A stretch of DNA of 64,000 nucleotides, taken from positions 342,479 to 406,478 of IMG/VR virus record IMGVR_UViG_3300021400_000025; one strand, 5' to 3'. The position numbers and the translations under genes were made by a program. The notes under the pieces were generated by a model. The model was not told the origin of the DNA. It saw nothing but the letters and a program-made list of their open reading frames with translations, and made no database searches. This document shows positions 33,051 through 45,701 of the stretch, piece by piece. Source of the DNA: a virus (taxonomy: Duplodnaviria > Heunggongvirae > Uroviricota > Caudoviricetes). Numbering within the stretch: the first letter of the stretch is position 1; the number at the start of each line of letters is the position of its first letter.

Positions 33051-35473
33051 TCAGTAAATCACAGTCTGATGTCCCTTGGAGTCTGTGAACTGAATCTCCT
33101 TCGCCTCAGAGCCATACCACTCGGTCTCGTACTCTTCGCCCCGACGCCTGTCCTCAAGGTCATCGCAATTGACGAACTCGTATGCCAGCTTCTTCTTGCC
33201 CTTGAGATAGTCGAGAACCTTGGCGCACTTCTTCTCGGATTCCGCATACCAATGGTAGTCGCGGGAGAAGATGGATGAACGCTTGCCCCCAACCTCGCAG
33301 TGATACCAGTCCTTGAAGTTGATTTCAGAAAGTCCCAACGCCTTCAACTTCTTGTTGATTGCGAAGAAGCCCTTGCACGGCTTGATGAGGTAGATGCCTT
33401 TGCAAGTGATGTATTCGCGTGGACGGGAATACCAACCCCCAGACCATTTCGTGCCAGTCTCGTTGTTGCGAGAGAGGATTTCGCTCTTCTTCGGCTTCAG
33501 CTTGGAGCAGATTGCGTCGGCGATTCTGCAAGTGATTTCACCAAAGGACTCGTCGGACAGCTCCCCAAAATCCACCTCCTCCTTGTAGCCAGAACGAAAC
33601 ACAAGATGCGTCCCATTGAACTTGTTGGAACAGCAGACATTGGTGAAGTTCCCAACGATGCGCAGGTAGTTCTCACCTTCCTTCACAGACTTGAACTCCT
33701 TCACCAGAACCTTGGCAACGAATGCCACCTTCTCTTCAGTTGTCGCGTTCTTCTTCATGCTCGTTTTCTCTTTCCTATTGGCAATCAAAGATCAATCACA
33801 ATCCCATCATTTTCCTGATGGAGAACCTTCTTGTCGGCAACATATTCAATCCTGACCATCCCCTCGTCCTTGAACATGCCCTCGGAAATCTCCCAACTCT
33901 TCACATGCTCAGTGGATCCAATCCTGTTGATGATGTATGGGGCGTCGCACTTCTTGACATAGAAGTAGTATGTCCGCCACTTGCGGTTCTCCTTCTCCTC
34001 GTTGAACCTCTTCTCAACCAATTCGGCAACATAGTTCTCCACGCTGGAGAACCCATTGTCCAGAAGATACTTGAGAAGGTCACTGGAGAGACCGAAGTCA
34101 TGCGCCTCCCCACGCAGGTTGTCAACCAAAGTCAACCTCTTGTCGTTCTTGCAATTCTTCGTGCAATCGACCTTCACATCCTTGTTGAACCACATGAATC
34201 CCATTTTTGTTTTCTCCTTGTTTTTTGTTGTTATCAATGAATTTCGTTGTAGGTCTTGCCATCGGCATTGACAGCTATTCCAAGTTTGTCTGCGGAAACG
34301 CCAGCAATCCTCTCGTCGCCATAGGCGGCTATGATTTCATACAGCCCGTCGTTCTCATCCACAACCCAATATGGTCTCCACTCATGGGCAGAATCGTCAT
34401 ACTTGAAGACCAACTGCCCAACAGACACCTTGCCCGGAAACCCCAATGTGTACCTGCTGCCCATTGACCATTGAAGTTCATCCCATGCTTTAGAATGTGG
34501 CATTGTCATTTCAGCGTATCCTTCTTTGGTTCAAGACCACATTCCAACAACCTTGTAGTTGTGTTCCATGGCATACGCTTTGACTTCGTCCTTCGTCTTG
34601 AAGGACTTTCCCATTGGATTGCAGTAGTCATCGTAGTAATACAAATTCCACTTGCCGTTTTCCAACAGACCCATCACTTCAATTTCCTCGTCCATGTCAT
34701 CTTCTCCTTTCAACGCTTCTTGCCACGCAGACGCAGGAACTTGTCCCGCTTCTTGTAGAATTCACGAACCTTCTTGGCGTTCGGAGCCTTGCCGGCGACT
34801 ATGCGCCCATTCACATGGACATACTCGCAATTGGCAAGTACAACCTCGGAAGCCTTGCGCTCCAGTTTCTTCATCATCGTGTTTTTCATTTCACTCTTCC
34901 TCTCCTGTTCCACGACAAAGGGCAACGAACATCTCGTTGTCGCACTTGCTCCAAAGTCTACGATATGTCAAACCATACTTCTCGCAGAGATGACAAGCTG
35001 TCTTGAAAAGGTATGTCTCCGCAATCTCTGGAAACTTGGCGAGGGTGTCCTGGCACTGCCCAAACTGCTCATATCCCTGACCATTTGCGCCTGTTATTCG
35101 GAAAATTATTCCACCATACTCTTCGCCGGCCTTGCGATGGTCGCTTGTGTCGTCAAATGTGACGAACACGCGATTGCCCTTGCGACCCCTGTTGTGAAGG
35201 TCAATGTTTCCCAGATGATAAGTTGTTCTCATTTTCAACTCTCCAATCACCTCACAGATAGATGGCGTTGCAGGGACGAATCTCAAGTTCAGAACGAACC
35301 CAATGGGTCTTCTTCATGGGAAAGGGAAGAAGAATGCGCATGGACTTGTACATTGCCCAGATAGACGCTGTCCAACGGTTCCACGAATAGTGGGTATATA
35401 CCCTTTTCACCCCAAGGGGGTAATTGACCGTAAGGATTGCCTTTTCGCAATTTGGCTTGTAGTTGCTGTTCAT
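33051..35473 (-). CDS. Cassette of seven hypothetical early genes (33051-33758, 33785-34237, 34234-34509, 34531-34713, 34710-34889, 34891-35232, 35252-35473)
   Basis: Co-oriented TAG-free ORFs behind the promoter at 35504-35539. Start codons are approximate. Confidence 0.65.
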
Positions 35474-35490
35474 GTTGTTCTCCTTGTTTC

Positions 35491-35539
35491 TCACAACACC
35501 TATATTATAGCATAACCCAAGGTCAGAAGTCAAGGGGGG
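35491..35539 (-). promoter_or_regulatory. Early sigma70-type promoter
   Basis: CCCCCC-TTGACT-N18-TATAAT-ATAGGTGTTGTGAG. Confidence 0.8.
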
Positions 35540-35583
35540 TCTACGAGAAATCCTCAACTTTTGACCTCGGAATCCAACTACCC

Positions 35584-36492
35584 TCACTTTGCGAACTTCA
35601 GAATCCACTTGCAAAAGCAATCGTCCCGAGTAGGCTTCACTTCGCTGCTCTTCACATTGTGGCTGGCTGCAATGTCCCCATCAACATCAATGAGATCCAT
35701 CTTGCCATTCATCTTTTCAGTCACGCCCACCCTGACCACGGCAACTCCATCCAGAAGGTCAGAAGGGACGCATGCCTCGATTCGCTCTGCGATTAAGCCG
35801 CATGACAGACCTTCATCGTCAGTCTGCCCAAGGTTCAAAACCCCATTCTCGAACCAGATGTCTTCTATCCCCCAATATGGGTTCTCCGCGCCCTTCGCAT
35901 GAGGCATCACGGAGGCGTATTGGTCGCCAAAGTCCCTGAGAGACTGAATTAGCTGCCTGAAGGTCAATGGGGCTTCACCACCATTTCCTGAGCCAGCTTT
36001 TCCTGCGCCAGCATCGCCCTTCACCGAGATTCTGTCAAGAACAGCCTTCTTCATCTTGCCATAATTGAACCACCATTCTCCATCATGATCCGCGCAAAAC
36101 GGCATGTTCTCATGCGAATATGTCCCCTTTTCACGGCTATGGCCGCCGGAAATGTTGTTTCCATCAACTGGGATGTATGCGCGAAGTTTTCCCTCCTGTC
36201 CGATGTAGAGGACAAATGCAATCGCCCACTCGCCCTCTGCATGGGAATAGCACCAAGCAACAGGGAACTTGCCATTTCCAGAACCAAGCATCTCATAGCC
36301 GGGAATCCCTTGTGCTGACTTCCACTTCGCCTCGGCCAAAAGCCCTGCGAAGTCATGCCCCATGTCAACCTTGAGCAAGTCCTTGTGGACTTTCAGCTTG
36401 TCGTTGTAGATGGTTTCCTTGACGCCACCATTGTCCTCAATCATGCGCTTGAGGTCTTCAATGGTCTGGTTTGGTTTCGCATATCTGCCCAT
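35584..36492 (-). CDS. Hypothetical two-domain early protein
   Basis: 302-aa ORF with a Gly/Ala linker; has its own promoter. Confidence 0.75.
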   Translation of the reverse strand: MGRYAKPNQTIEDLKRMIEDNGGVKETIYNDKLKVHKDLLKVDMGHDFAGLLAEAKWKSAQGIPGYEMLGSGNGKFPVAWCYSHAEGEWAIAFVLYIGQEGKLRAYIPVDGNNISGGHSREKGTYSHENMPFCADHDGEWWFNYGKMKKAVLDRISVKGDAGAGKAGSGNGGEAPLTFRQLIQSLRDFGDQYASVMPHAKGAENPYWGIEDIWFENGVLNLGQTDDEGLSCGLIAERIEACVPSDLLDGVAVVRVGVTEKMNGKMDLIDVDGDIAASHNVKSSEVKPTRDDCFCKWILKFAK

Positions 36493-36520
36493 GATTTTCT
36501 CCTTGTTTTTTTTTTCTTGT

Positions 36521-36564
36521 CAACACCTATAGTATACCACATTTAGGTTTGGAACGCAAGGGGG
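36521..36564 (-). promoter_or_regulatory. Early sigma70-type promoter
   Basis: CCCCC-TTGCGT-N17-TATACT-ATAGGTGTTG. Confidence 0.75.
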
Positions 36565-36577
36565 TTCAGAAGAAAAA

Positions 36578-37618
36578 TCAAGGTTTCATGAATACGTATA
36601 TCTTCTCATCATTGTCGGAAAACATGATTTTCTTGCCATTATCGTACTCCCCACCACCTGCGGCACCATGGCATCTCTTCTTGTTCACAAGAGCCTCCCT
36701 TGCCACGAACCTGAATCCACTTTCCTTTGAAGCCTTGGCAAAATCAAGTTCAAGGGGATATATCTCGTTCGTCTTGTAGTCCAGGAAATTCTTGACGTTC
36801 ACGATGAAATGCCCACCATGAACCAGATACCTTGCGCAGTTCTCAACAGTTGGATATACGAACCCATTGACCCATTCACTGTACTCCATGCCCTTCTTGT
36901 ACGATTGACCTTCACCAATGCCATAGTCCTCAAGCGAGAAGTATGGAGGAGAGGAAAAGCACAAGCCCATCTTGTTCTCCCATTCTGGAACGAATTCCTG
37001 ACTTCCTTGGCATCTGATGTCGCAGGTTGAACCATTCGCTGGATTCACGCACTTGTAGTCGTTGAACAACGCCTTGAGTTGTGGCACAAGTTCAGTGTTT
37101 GGGTCTGTCCCAAAGTAGTTGATGTTGTTCTGAAGTGCAGCGAGCAACCGGGATCCCCAACCACAACTGTAGTCGTAGTAGTTGCCATTCACATTGTACT
37201 TCTTCACTATATCAGAAGCCGTCTTCAATGGGAAGTTGGGCAGCTTCACGCAGTACCTGATTCCACAAAGCCTGAATGCAGTCGCTATTTTCTGGGCAAG
37301 GGTCATGGTGTCTGGAAACACCTTCTTGTTGGAATCGACCTTTCCGGCGAAATACTCCATTATCTGCCTGTGGTGGATGCCATCCCAAATCGACCAGGAT
37401 GCCCTTGTTCCAACGCACTTGGACATCACTTCCTTGAAGTAATGGTCGTATATGACATTGGTCTTGGTCTTTCCATCGGCGACCGACCTGAGCTGCTTCT
37501 TCACCAGATCAAAGTCTGGCTTGGCATAGTATTCCCTCGCAATGGACTCGAACTCCTCGTCTGTCAATGGCTTTGAGATTGAGGAGTTCTGCTGTATTCC
37601 CTTGTAATCAATCAACAT
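36578..37618 (-). CDS. Orphan amino (N4-C/N6-A) DNA methyltransferase
   Basis: SAM-binding YDYSCGWGSRL, catalytic FSSPPYF. Confidence 0.85.
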   Translation of the reverse strand: MLIDYKGIQQNSSISKPLTDEEFESIAREYYAKPDFDLVKKQLRSVADGKTKTNVIYDHYFKEVMSKCVGTRASWSIWDGIHHRQIMEYFAGKVDSNKKVFPDTMTLAQKIATAFRLCGIRYCVKLPNFPLKTASDIVKKYNVNGNYYDYSCGWGSRLLAALQNNINYFGTDPNTELVPQLKALFNDYKCVNPANGSTCDIRCQGSQEFVPEWENKMGLCFSSPPYFSLEDYGIGEGQSYKKGMEYSEWVNGFVYPTVENCARYLVHGGHFIVNVKNFLDYKTNEIYPLELDFAKASKESGFRFVAREALVNKKRCHGAAGGGEYDNGKKIMFSDNDEKIYVFMKP

Positions 37619-37652
37619 ACATGATCATTATACAACATTCCACATGAAAAGT

Positions 37653-37686
37653 AAATGGCTGGACATTCCACATGTCCAACCATTTG
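37653..37686 (-). terminator. Stem-loop, probable terminator
   Basis: aaatggctggacat...atgtccaaccattt. Confidence 0.55.
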
Positions 37687-37709
37687 TCTGAACCAATCTG
37701 GATTCAATT

Positions 37710-38084
37710 TCACTTGGCTTCAGGAGCAGGCGTCTCGGTGCCAGTCTCGCCAGGTGCAGGATCACGCGCACCAACATCCTTCTTCTCGCCTGTCTGGGCG
37801 ATGCTCTCGCTCAACTTGTACATGCTGAGACGCTTGGTGAGGTTCATTATGGCCAGGTCGTTCTGAACGGATTTGACGAGAATGCTCGAATATGCGTCCA
37901 GGAACTTGGTGAAGTCCAAGAACTCCTCTGGGATGTCGGAAAGCCCAATCAGCTCGTAGAACTTCTTCACAAAGTCCTTTTCAAACTTCTCGAACTTCGT
38001 CTTGTCGTCAGCAAGCCCAGCAGCCTTGGCCAGGTCAAACGCAATCGCGCTCATGTCAACTTTGTTGTTTGTATTGTCAGCCAT
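37710..38084 (-). CDS. Hypothetical protein
   Basis: ORF from MADNTNNK with phage-typical codon use. Confidence 0.65.
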   Translation of the reverse strand: MADNTNNKVDMSAIAFDLAKAAGLADDKTKFEKFEKDFVKKFYELIGLSDIPEEFLDFTKFLDAYSSILVKSVQNDLAIMNLTKRLSMYKLSESIAQTGEKKDVGARDPAPGETGTETPAPEAK

Positions 38085-38155
38085 TTTGCCTATCTCTCTT
38101 TCTGTTTTGTTTGTTGTTTTCTTCTTCTTCTTCTTCCCACAGTCAATTTGTTGTC

Positions 38156-38575
38156 TTATCTGTGCGAAATCTTGTTCTCGTTTCGATGCCAATCCACGAT
38201 TTCGTAGTTTGCCATCAAATGCCTATGATCTATCACATCCACATAGAAGTCTCCACCAATGTCGGTTTTCATCACCACCCAATCCCTTGGATGGATGACC
38301 AGCTTCTCTGGGGGATATGACTCCTTGTTCAACTTCCCCGGTAGGGTGAACACGGAATCCCTTGTGCAGAACTTCTCAAGGATTTCGTCCGAGAACTTGC
38401 CATGCTCGTTCCAATAAGCCATAAGGGGCTTGGGGAAGTCAAGGTTCTCAATTCCAATCATCCCTATCATGTCGATGATGTCGTTGTAGGAACCTGTGAA
38501 CTGGATTGCAGGATATGGCTCCGTGTAGCCAATCTTGTCCTTGTCTCTGTGCTGAATCGCCTTTACCTTGCCCAT
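38156..38575 (-). CDS. Hypothetical protein
   Basis: Starts directly after the uvsX stop. Confidence 0.65.
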   Translation of the reverse strand: MGKVKAIQHRDKDKIGYTEPYPAIQFTGSYNDIIDMIGMIGIENLDFPKPLMAYWNEHGKFSDEILEKFCTRDSVFTLPGKLNKESYPPEKLVIHPRDWVVMKTDIGGDFYVDVIDHRHLMANYEIVDWHRNENKISHR

Positions 38576-38576
38576 G

Positions 38577-39773
38577 TCAATTCTCCTCTGGAATGTCGTC
38601 GTTGTTCTCAACAATCAACTGCTTCTGCTTCTTGCCTGCCTTGATTTCCTCAATCTCGGACTCAATCTCGGCAAGAGCGTCATCAGACTTGGAGCGATAC
38701 GCCATCTTCTTGGCGGACTCTTCGTTGAACTTGTCCAGGAAGGTGTCCCAGATTTCGTCCTTGGAGACGAGTTCCTTGTAGGTCACGCGGGTGTCCTTGT
38801 AGGACGGGACGATATAGCCGCCACGGACCTCCTGGATGAAGCCATACGCAACAGCGTCCTTGATGATGCCATCGTACTTGGAGATGCCATAGTCGAAGTC
38901 AATGTAGACGTCAGCCTCAAAGCATGGCTTGATGACCCTGTTCTTCGTGCAGAAGAAGCGCATTCTGTTGCCCTTGTAGAAGCCAACATGGTTCCCATCG
39001 GTCTCCTTGCCTGTGGCGAACTCGGTGTCGCCATCCTTGACGAGCAACTTGCTTGCCTGGAGGATCACATGCGAAGCGTACTCGATTCCCATTCCACCAG
39101 CCATGTTGTGAACCTTGGAGGCGTACATCTGGCCCGGATTGGAATACTCGTGGTTGATGACGATGAGCGAGCAGTTGGAAACCACAACTCGCATCATGAG
39201 GGTGCGGATGAGGGAGTTTCTTGTCTTCGCAGCCATGCCCTGATCGGCAACCATCTTGTCCTTGTCAACTGCATCAGAGACAACCTTTGACGAGGCAAGT
39301 CCACCAAACGAGTCAAGAACCACGATGTAGCGCGGCTCGTCGTTGTTGTCTGGATCCTTCTCCCACTCGTTGTGCGCTTGAACCAGCGTCTCGTAGATGT
39401 TCACCAACTTCACGCAAGCGTCCTCGGCGTCAAGCGCAGGGACATACTCGACCTTTTCCAGGTCAGCCCCAAAGTTCTTGAGCAACTGGACGCCACCACC
39501 TTCTGAATCCACCCAGAAGCAACCATCAATCTTGTTGTCCCTGAACGCATTGGCGACAACCTGCGCCGCGATGAGGGACTTGCCTGATTGGGAAGGCCCG
39601 TATATTGTAGTGATTCTTCCACGCGGAACGCCATTGTGGACGTTGCCTGTGATTACCCTGTTCAACGCGAAGGAGCCAGTATCGTAGAAGTCTGTGACAA
39701 TCGTGTCTGACTCGGCGGCGCTCTTCGTGTCGTTCTTCTTTCTCAATCCCTTGAGAAGGTCTTTTGTCTTCAT
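38577..39773 (-). CDS. uvsX: RecA/UvsX-like recombinase
   Basis: DTGSFALN, GVPRGRI, GPSQSGKS, VDSE, VLDSFGGL, INHEY, GGMGIEYAS. Confidence 0.93.
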   Translation of the reverse strand: MKTKDLLKGLRKKNDTKSAAESDTIVTDFYDTGSFALNRVITGNVHNGVPRGRITTIYGPSQSGKSLIAAQVVANAFRDNKIDGCFWVDSEGGGVQLLKNFGADLEKVEYVPALDAEDACVKLVNIYETLVQAHNEWEKDPDNNDEPRYIVVLDSFGGLASSKVVSDAVDKDKMVADQGMAAKTRNSLIRTLMMRVVVSNCSLIVINHEYSNPGQMYASKVHNMAGGMGIEYASHVILQASKLLVKDGDTEFATGKETDGNHVGFYKGNRMRFFCTKNRVIKPCFEADVYIDFDYGISKYDGIIKDAVAYGFIQEVRGGYIVPSYKDTRVTYKELVSKDEIWDTFLDKFNEESAKKMAYRSKSDDALAEIESEIEEIKAGKKQKQLIVENNDDIPEEN

Positions 39774-39932
39774 CTGTAAACTTTCTATTTTGAAAGTTCT
39801 GCATGTATCGCAACATGCGAATTGGCCGTCAATGGCACTGTGCCATCAACCAAGCATCTTCAATTATACAAGAATTGCGTCAAGATAGATGTGAGGTCTT
39901 TAGCCTCGCATAGAATTCACAGAATTCGCGTG

Positions 39933-42900
39933 TCAAGAAGCCTGTGAGGGCGTTGCCGCAGCCCCATTGTCGAATTGGAGATTGGTGTAGTTCCCCCCTT
40001 GCTCCTGCGTCTGAATCATCTGAATTGGAGTGCCCTCCTCCCTCTGCTTCTTCAGTTTCTGCGTCTCTGAATCCAAGCCCTGCTTCATCAACTCCAATCC
40101 ATCTCTCACTGAATGGATTGTCTTCGCTCCTTGGAGCAAATCTGCGGCTGCCGCCATGACCTTGTCAAGTGGTATCATCACTGGGCCATCCTGCGAGAAC
40201 TCTATGCCATACTTCTTCAATTCGTCTGTGGAGAGGGCATATCTGGCGTTCCAATCTATTTTCCTCTCCTTCTTCTTCCCCTCGAATGGAATTCGCTTGA
40301 TTCCGTCCTCTGGAAGTCCATGCATCTTGCGGTAGTATCTCTTCCACTAATCCCAAGTATAGTCCTTCAACCCCATTTCATCCACCTGTGTCTATGATAT
40401 GCCACGATGTATGGCTTCTTGCCGCTTGGTCTGATGCGCGTACCACGCATCTTGCATGGCTTGGACATCTTCACCAATCTTCACCTCTATGAACCCACCC
40501 GACACTTTGGCGCTGTAGTCAAGAATCTCCTGCTCCCGCTTCTTCCTCATCTCCTCCTCCTTCTTCTTCGCCTCCTCGGCTTCCTTCGCCTTTCTCAACC
40601 TCTCCATCGCTTCCTTGTCCTGTGCATCCACAGCCAAGGCCAACTCATCATCCGACACCTTGGACGAGCCATTCACTGCAAGCCATTCTGGGGAGAACAT
40701 CAACATCACCTGTCTGAGGTCGTCGGTTTTAATCTGGAGAATGGATGGCTTCTTCCCAATGTTGAATCCATCAATGTTCGCCTGCGATCCCTGGTTGTGG
40801 TACGCCTGCAAATCGCGTGAAAACCTCATCATGGCAACTCTCTTCGCCTTGTTCTCCTCCAGCATCTGCTTCTGCATTTCATCTTCCACAACATTGCCTG
40901 ACACGCCAGATGCTTTCTTCGCTGCGCCAAACTTCTGCTTGTATTGGTCGAATGTATAGTCCTGAAGACCCATTTCATCCACCTTGGTCTGGGAAATGCC
41001 GTTATGTATGGCTGATCTCCTCTTCTCCTGATGTTCAAGCCATTCGTCAAACAACGACTTCTCCTTGGAGACATTCTCGTCCAGCTTCTGCTTGGGGGGT
41101 GGTGGATTCAAGGATGGGGGGACAATGAGGTTTCCACCCACCAGTTCACCATCCTCCTTCTTGTTCAGACCAACCCGTTTCTTGACCTTGCCGGTGGTGT
41201 CGTTCGCCACGAAATCACTGAGGCGCAGATCGTCTATGTTTGGCTTTCTGCCATTGGCATCGTTCCTGTTCTTGTCCACCTGCAGGAAAATGTTGTCCGA
41301 TCCAAACTCGTCGCCGGTCACGCTCTTCACATATGAAGTCTTCGCCTTCCCGGTGGTCATGTTGACATGCGAACTCTCCACCTTGATGTTATCGAACAGA
41401 TTGCCCTTGTTGAACTTGTACAGATACTCCCTTATCTCAACCAGACCATTTGTCGCCACGTCGTTGTTGTTCTAATCGTACTTCTTAATCCTCTCGGCGA
41501 AATCAGCTATTATGTCTCCCTGGTTGTTGATGATGACATTGCGCTCCTTGTTCAATTGATCGAACGACTGTATGAATTGCTTGAAAATCTCCGACGCTGG
41601 CGTGTCTGTGGAGTTGGCAAGCACATTTCGGATGTTGTCCAGAAACTGACCTATGTAGCCTGCTGGGCGGAGCATCATGGTCTGCTTCGTCTGGGGGTTG
41701 AAGTAGAAGAACGCCGACAGAAGCTTCTGCGACAGTTCAGGTGATTCAACCAATGTAGTGAGGACATTCCACGCCAAATCATCATTGCCCTTGCCCATTT
41801 CCCAAATCTTCCCCATGAATTCGTCGTATGATTTCGTCTGCTGGACATTCTGCTGATACACCAGATTCATCTCCTAAAGGCGGGTGTATAGGTTGCGGGC
41901 GACATAGTACCCACCTGCCTTGGACAACCTCTCCAGGAAGTCCATGTTCTCCATGCCCATTGATGTGTTGAGGCTTCTTATCGCAATATTCGCCCTGGTG
42001 GACTTCTGCTCGGTGAATTCTGCTGGGTCGTCCTCTATGAAGTCCGTGGCCTCGCCTGGATTTCCAACATCCTGCTTCAAGCCTGCGAATATGGACTTGA
42101 TATCGTTCCACCAGTTCAACCAGGGTTGCGCGAATCCCTTGCCGATATCCTTCAGATTTCCAAATCCAAGCAGGAACTTGCCAACGGCCTTGGAGGCTTT
42201 CCATATGGAGTCTGCGAACGTCAACGGGAGCTTGTAGATCATCAACATGCCCTTGATATACCCCTTCACCAAGCCAAACACCATTCTGACGAATTTGAGT
42301 TTCTTCACCCAATTCCACAACTTGACCACAAGCCCAGCAATCGCGCGGATGGCAAGTCCAAGGAAGTCTCCAGCAAGGAACATGCAGAAAGCATCAACTG
42401 AATCATACCCAGATTTCTTGACCAATTCAGTTATCTTCGACTTCACCCACATCACGGCCTTCACAATCGTCCACACAGTTTTCACCACGAATCCATCTGG
42501 GTCCGTCAGCCATTTCACGACACTGTACAGCGCCCCACCAATCCATTTCAAGAAACTCCACAGACCCTTGAGGAATTCCCATCCCTTTGTGGCAATATAT
42601 GTCACTGTGGACACCACGCCGTTCTTCAGCATGGAGAAGAACTTCGTTATCCATCCGAATATCGTGTCTTTGAACAGGAAGAATATTCCACCCAGGACAA
42701 TGAACAATGTGATGGGGTTGAACAAAATCCTCTTCCACAGAGGCTGTGATTCATTGTATACCCTTCTCACCGCCTGCTTGAGGTTGGACATTGTGTTCCT
42801 CACCTTGTCGAATATGGTCGGGATCAGATTCTGCATGAACTTCACAGGAGCCATCAACACGCTCTTGGTGAATCCAAACGCGGTGCGCATCATGTTGGCT

Positions 42901-44639
42901 ATTGGCTTCACAAGGAACCTGTACGCCTTGTCCTTGATTCCATGCCCCAGTTTGGCAATCCAGAAAGCGGCCTTGTTCGCGAAATTCCCCATCATCTTGA
43001 ACAGATTCTTGAACACATTCGCGGTCTTGAACACGAGTTTCTTCAACCCCTGCCACAGTTTCCTGAACACAAACCCAATCGCCCTGAACCCGAGTTTGGT
43101 CAATGCCCATGCTGGAGACCATCCACCGTGGAATATCGCAAGTGGAGCAAGGAATATCGCGGCAATCTTTGCCTTGCCGGGAAGAGCCTTGATCAAGTCC
43201 TTGGCCGCAGTGACAACACGTTTTCCAGCATTCCACACAGCCTTCGCCACGAACACACCAGCCTTCGCAGTCATCACGGCAATCTTCCCCACAATCTTGG
43301 ACGCCTTGTAGAAGGTCTTGACCGCGAACACTGCAGTCTTGTACGCGAACTTCACTGTCTTCCATGCCACCTTGACGACTCCAGTCACAACCTTGTACGC
43401 GAACACCACACCCTTCTTGACCGCCCGATATGACTTGCCCACGATGGAATTGGAAATCGCCCGCTTGACCTTCTTCACCCCCATCTTCGCCTTGAACTTG
43501 ATTCTCCTTCCAATCATCTTGACCCTCGCCCCCATCCTCTGGAAGATGGTGGGCTTTCTGGGCGCAGGTGGCTTCTTCCGAAAGATGTTGCCAATGGCGA
43601 AAACCTTGTTGCGTGGTGAAGAAGATGAAGATTGGGATTGGATTCTTCCACCTCGAACCATTGTCTTGCCAAGAGGGGTTGAAGACTTCGTGGATGCAAT
43701 GGCAGCTCCCACCCCAGCGCCAATCAACGCCAATGGAACCAACTTGGACGATCCTCCACCTTTTTTGGACATCTCCTTGAACAGAGTCTTCTTGTCCTTC
43801 AGCACATTGTTCCATTCCTTCTCGGAAATCCTCAATCCACCCTTTTCTACGATGTTGTTCTTCCCTATGGTCTTAATGGTGGTCCCTATTCTGAGGATGC
43901 TGCCCTTAATCAACTGGTTCTTGCGCTTCTCCTGCTTGGACACCTTGTCGGACAACTCCTTCAACTCGCCCAGCTTCTGGGTCAAGTGGGCATGGACTTC
44001 CTAGGATGCCACCACATGGCTGTCCACCTTCTCCTGGTTGCCATTCAACTTGGACACCAGTTTGGATATGAGTTCATTCCTTTGAATCAACTGCTCTTGA
44101 GTGGCTTCCACATGTTCAGATGTCTGCTCCAGTCTCTTGTGGAGTTCCTTGACGCCTGAATCCAGTTCCTGCACCCTCTTCAACAAGGTTGGCTTGTTCG
44201 CCTGGAGAATCTTGACAACCGCATCAAGATGGACTTTGAGTTCATCCAACTGCGCCTTGTCCAATTTCTGGGCAACCACATCTTCAACCTCTTGTTTTGT
44301 CTCGGAAGCAGGAGAAGTTGAAGTCTGGAGTATCGCCCCCTTGTCAAGCAACTGCTGCGCAAGCCAATCTATGAACTCGTCCTCCTGGAACTTCTCACCC
44401 AACAACTTGTAGATGTTGTCGTAGAGGACATTCGTAAGCACCTTGGAGTTGAATCTGAGGTTCTCGGAGAACTGCTCTCCAGCATATTCGACATTGTTCT
44501 CAACAAGCTGATACAACAACTTGTCAATTTGCCACACATGGTTCGAACCACCACCCTTCATGGCGTTCGCCGCTGTCTGCTCAGCAGGGCTTGCGCCCGT
44601 GCTTGGAAACCTCTGTGTTATTTTCTTGTCTGCTGTCAT
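39933..44639 (-). CDS. Tape-measure-like long helical protein (1568 aa), TAG-recoded
   Basis: Five fragments in one frame joined over 5 TAGs. Coiled coil, basic amphipathic W/F/K-periodic repeats and hydrophobic segments; GTAAATA at 44664. The tape-measure function is inferred. Confidence 0.7.
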
Positions 44640-44663
44640 GTTGGCTTGAACTTGAATCAAGGG

Positions 44664-44718
44664 TATTTACCATTTTCGCGACAACCCCATTTGTTTTCAT
44701 CCATAATTATTGTAAATA
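44664..44718. promoter_or_regulatory. Divergent pair of putative late promoters (GTAAATA)
   Basis: tatttac at 44664-44670 and gtaaata at 44712-44718. Confidence 0.7.
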
Positions 44719-44752
44719 ATGATGGACAATTTTCAAGACAGGTGAAATTGAG

Positions 44753-45688
44753 ATGGTTAAAGGATTTCTTGGAATAGAATACTCCACAGACGAGATAAGG
44801 AATGGAAGGTTCGTAGATGGAACTCTGGAAAGGGACTTCATCTCCACAAGATACGATATGTTGAGAAGAGCCGACAAGAGGTTCTTCAACGAAAGCGAAT
44901 GGAGGAAAAACACGGTCGAGGCAAGACAAGAGTTCCTGAAGATGATGGAACAAGCCGAGGAAAGGAACAGAATTGACCTTGACCATGGCGATGATGAAAA
45001 CGATGCGATTGAAGCAGACACATTCACATACGATGGTTCAGAGAAGCCACCAAAGAAGGTGAAGACCCTCATCATCTCCTCCGAAGTGCAGGAAATCCCA
45101 GATGGCGAGTTCAAGGACTTGTCGGAACTGATTTCAATAGTGTTCCCAGAAGATGCGACAGACCTCAAGATTGGAAAGAACGCATTCGAGAATTGCCCGA
45201 AGCTGACCTCAATCAGATTGAATGGTGTGACGTTCATCGGAGACGAAGCTTTCCTCAACTGCTCTGAACTTGTGGCAGTTGAACTTGGCTCGTCCATCCA
45301 GCACATTGGCATGGGCGCGTTCAAGAACTGCTCCTCTTTGGCATCCACGTCAATCCCACCAAACGTCACCTTCATCGGGGACTATGCGTTCGCAAACTGC
45401 CCTGATTTGAAGACTGCGACAATCATGGATGGCGTAGTTGAGATTCCAGCATATTGCTTCCAGAACGACACCTCGTTGGAGCAAGTTATCCTTCCAACCT
45501 CAATAGAGAAGGTTGGCGAGAAAGCCTTTGAGAACTGCCCCAACGTGGAGGTTTACGTCCCAACCATGGACAGAGACGAGGCAGAGGAACTTCTGGGCGT
45601 GAAGATGGTGGCAAAGGCAGAGGACGATGACACAATCCTCAAATGCGACCAAGACTACATCGTGAGACTTTACAAAGACCTTTACTGA
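44753..45688 (+). CDS. BspA-type leucine-rich repeat protein
   Basis: About six IGxxAFxNCxxLxxIxI repeats. Confidence 0.9.
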   Translation: MVKGFLGIEYSTDEIRNGRFVDGTLERDFISTRYDMLRRADKRFFNESEWRKNTVEARQEFLKMMEQAEERNRIDLDHGDDENDAIEADTFTYDGSEKPPKKVKTLIISSEVQEIPDGEFKDLSELISIVFPEDATDLKIGKNAFENCPKLTSIRLNGVTFIGDEAFLNCSELVAVELGSSIQHIGMGAFKNCSSLASTSIPPNVTFIGDYAFANCPDLKTATIMDGVVEIPAYCFQNDTSLEQVILPTSIEKVGEKAFENCPNVEVYVPTMDRDEAEELLGVKMVAKAEDDDTILKCDQDYIVRLYKDLY

Positions 45689-45701
45689 GGAGACATTGAA
45701 G

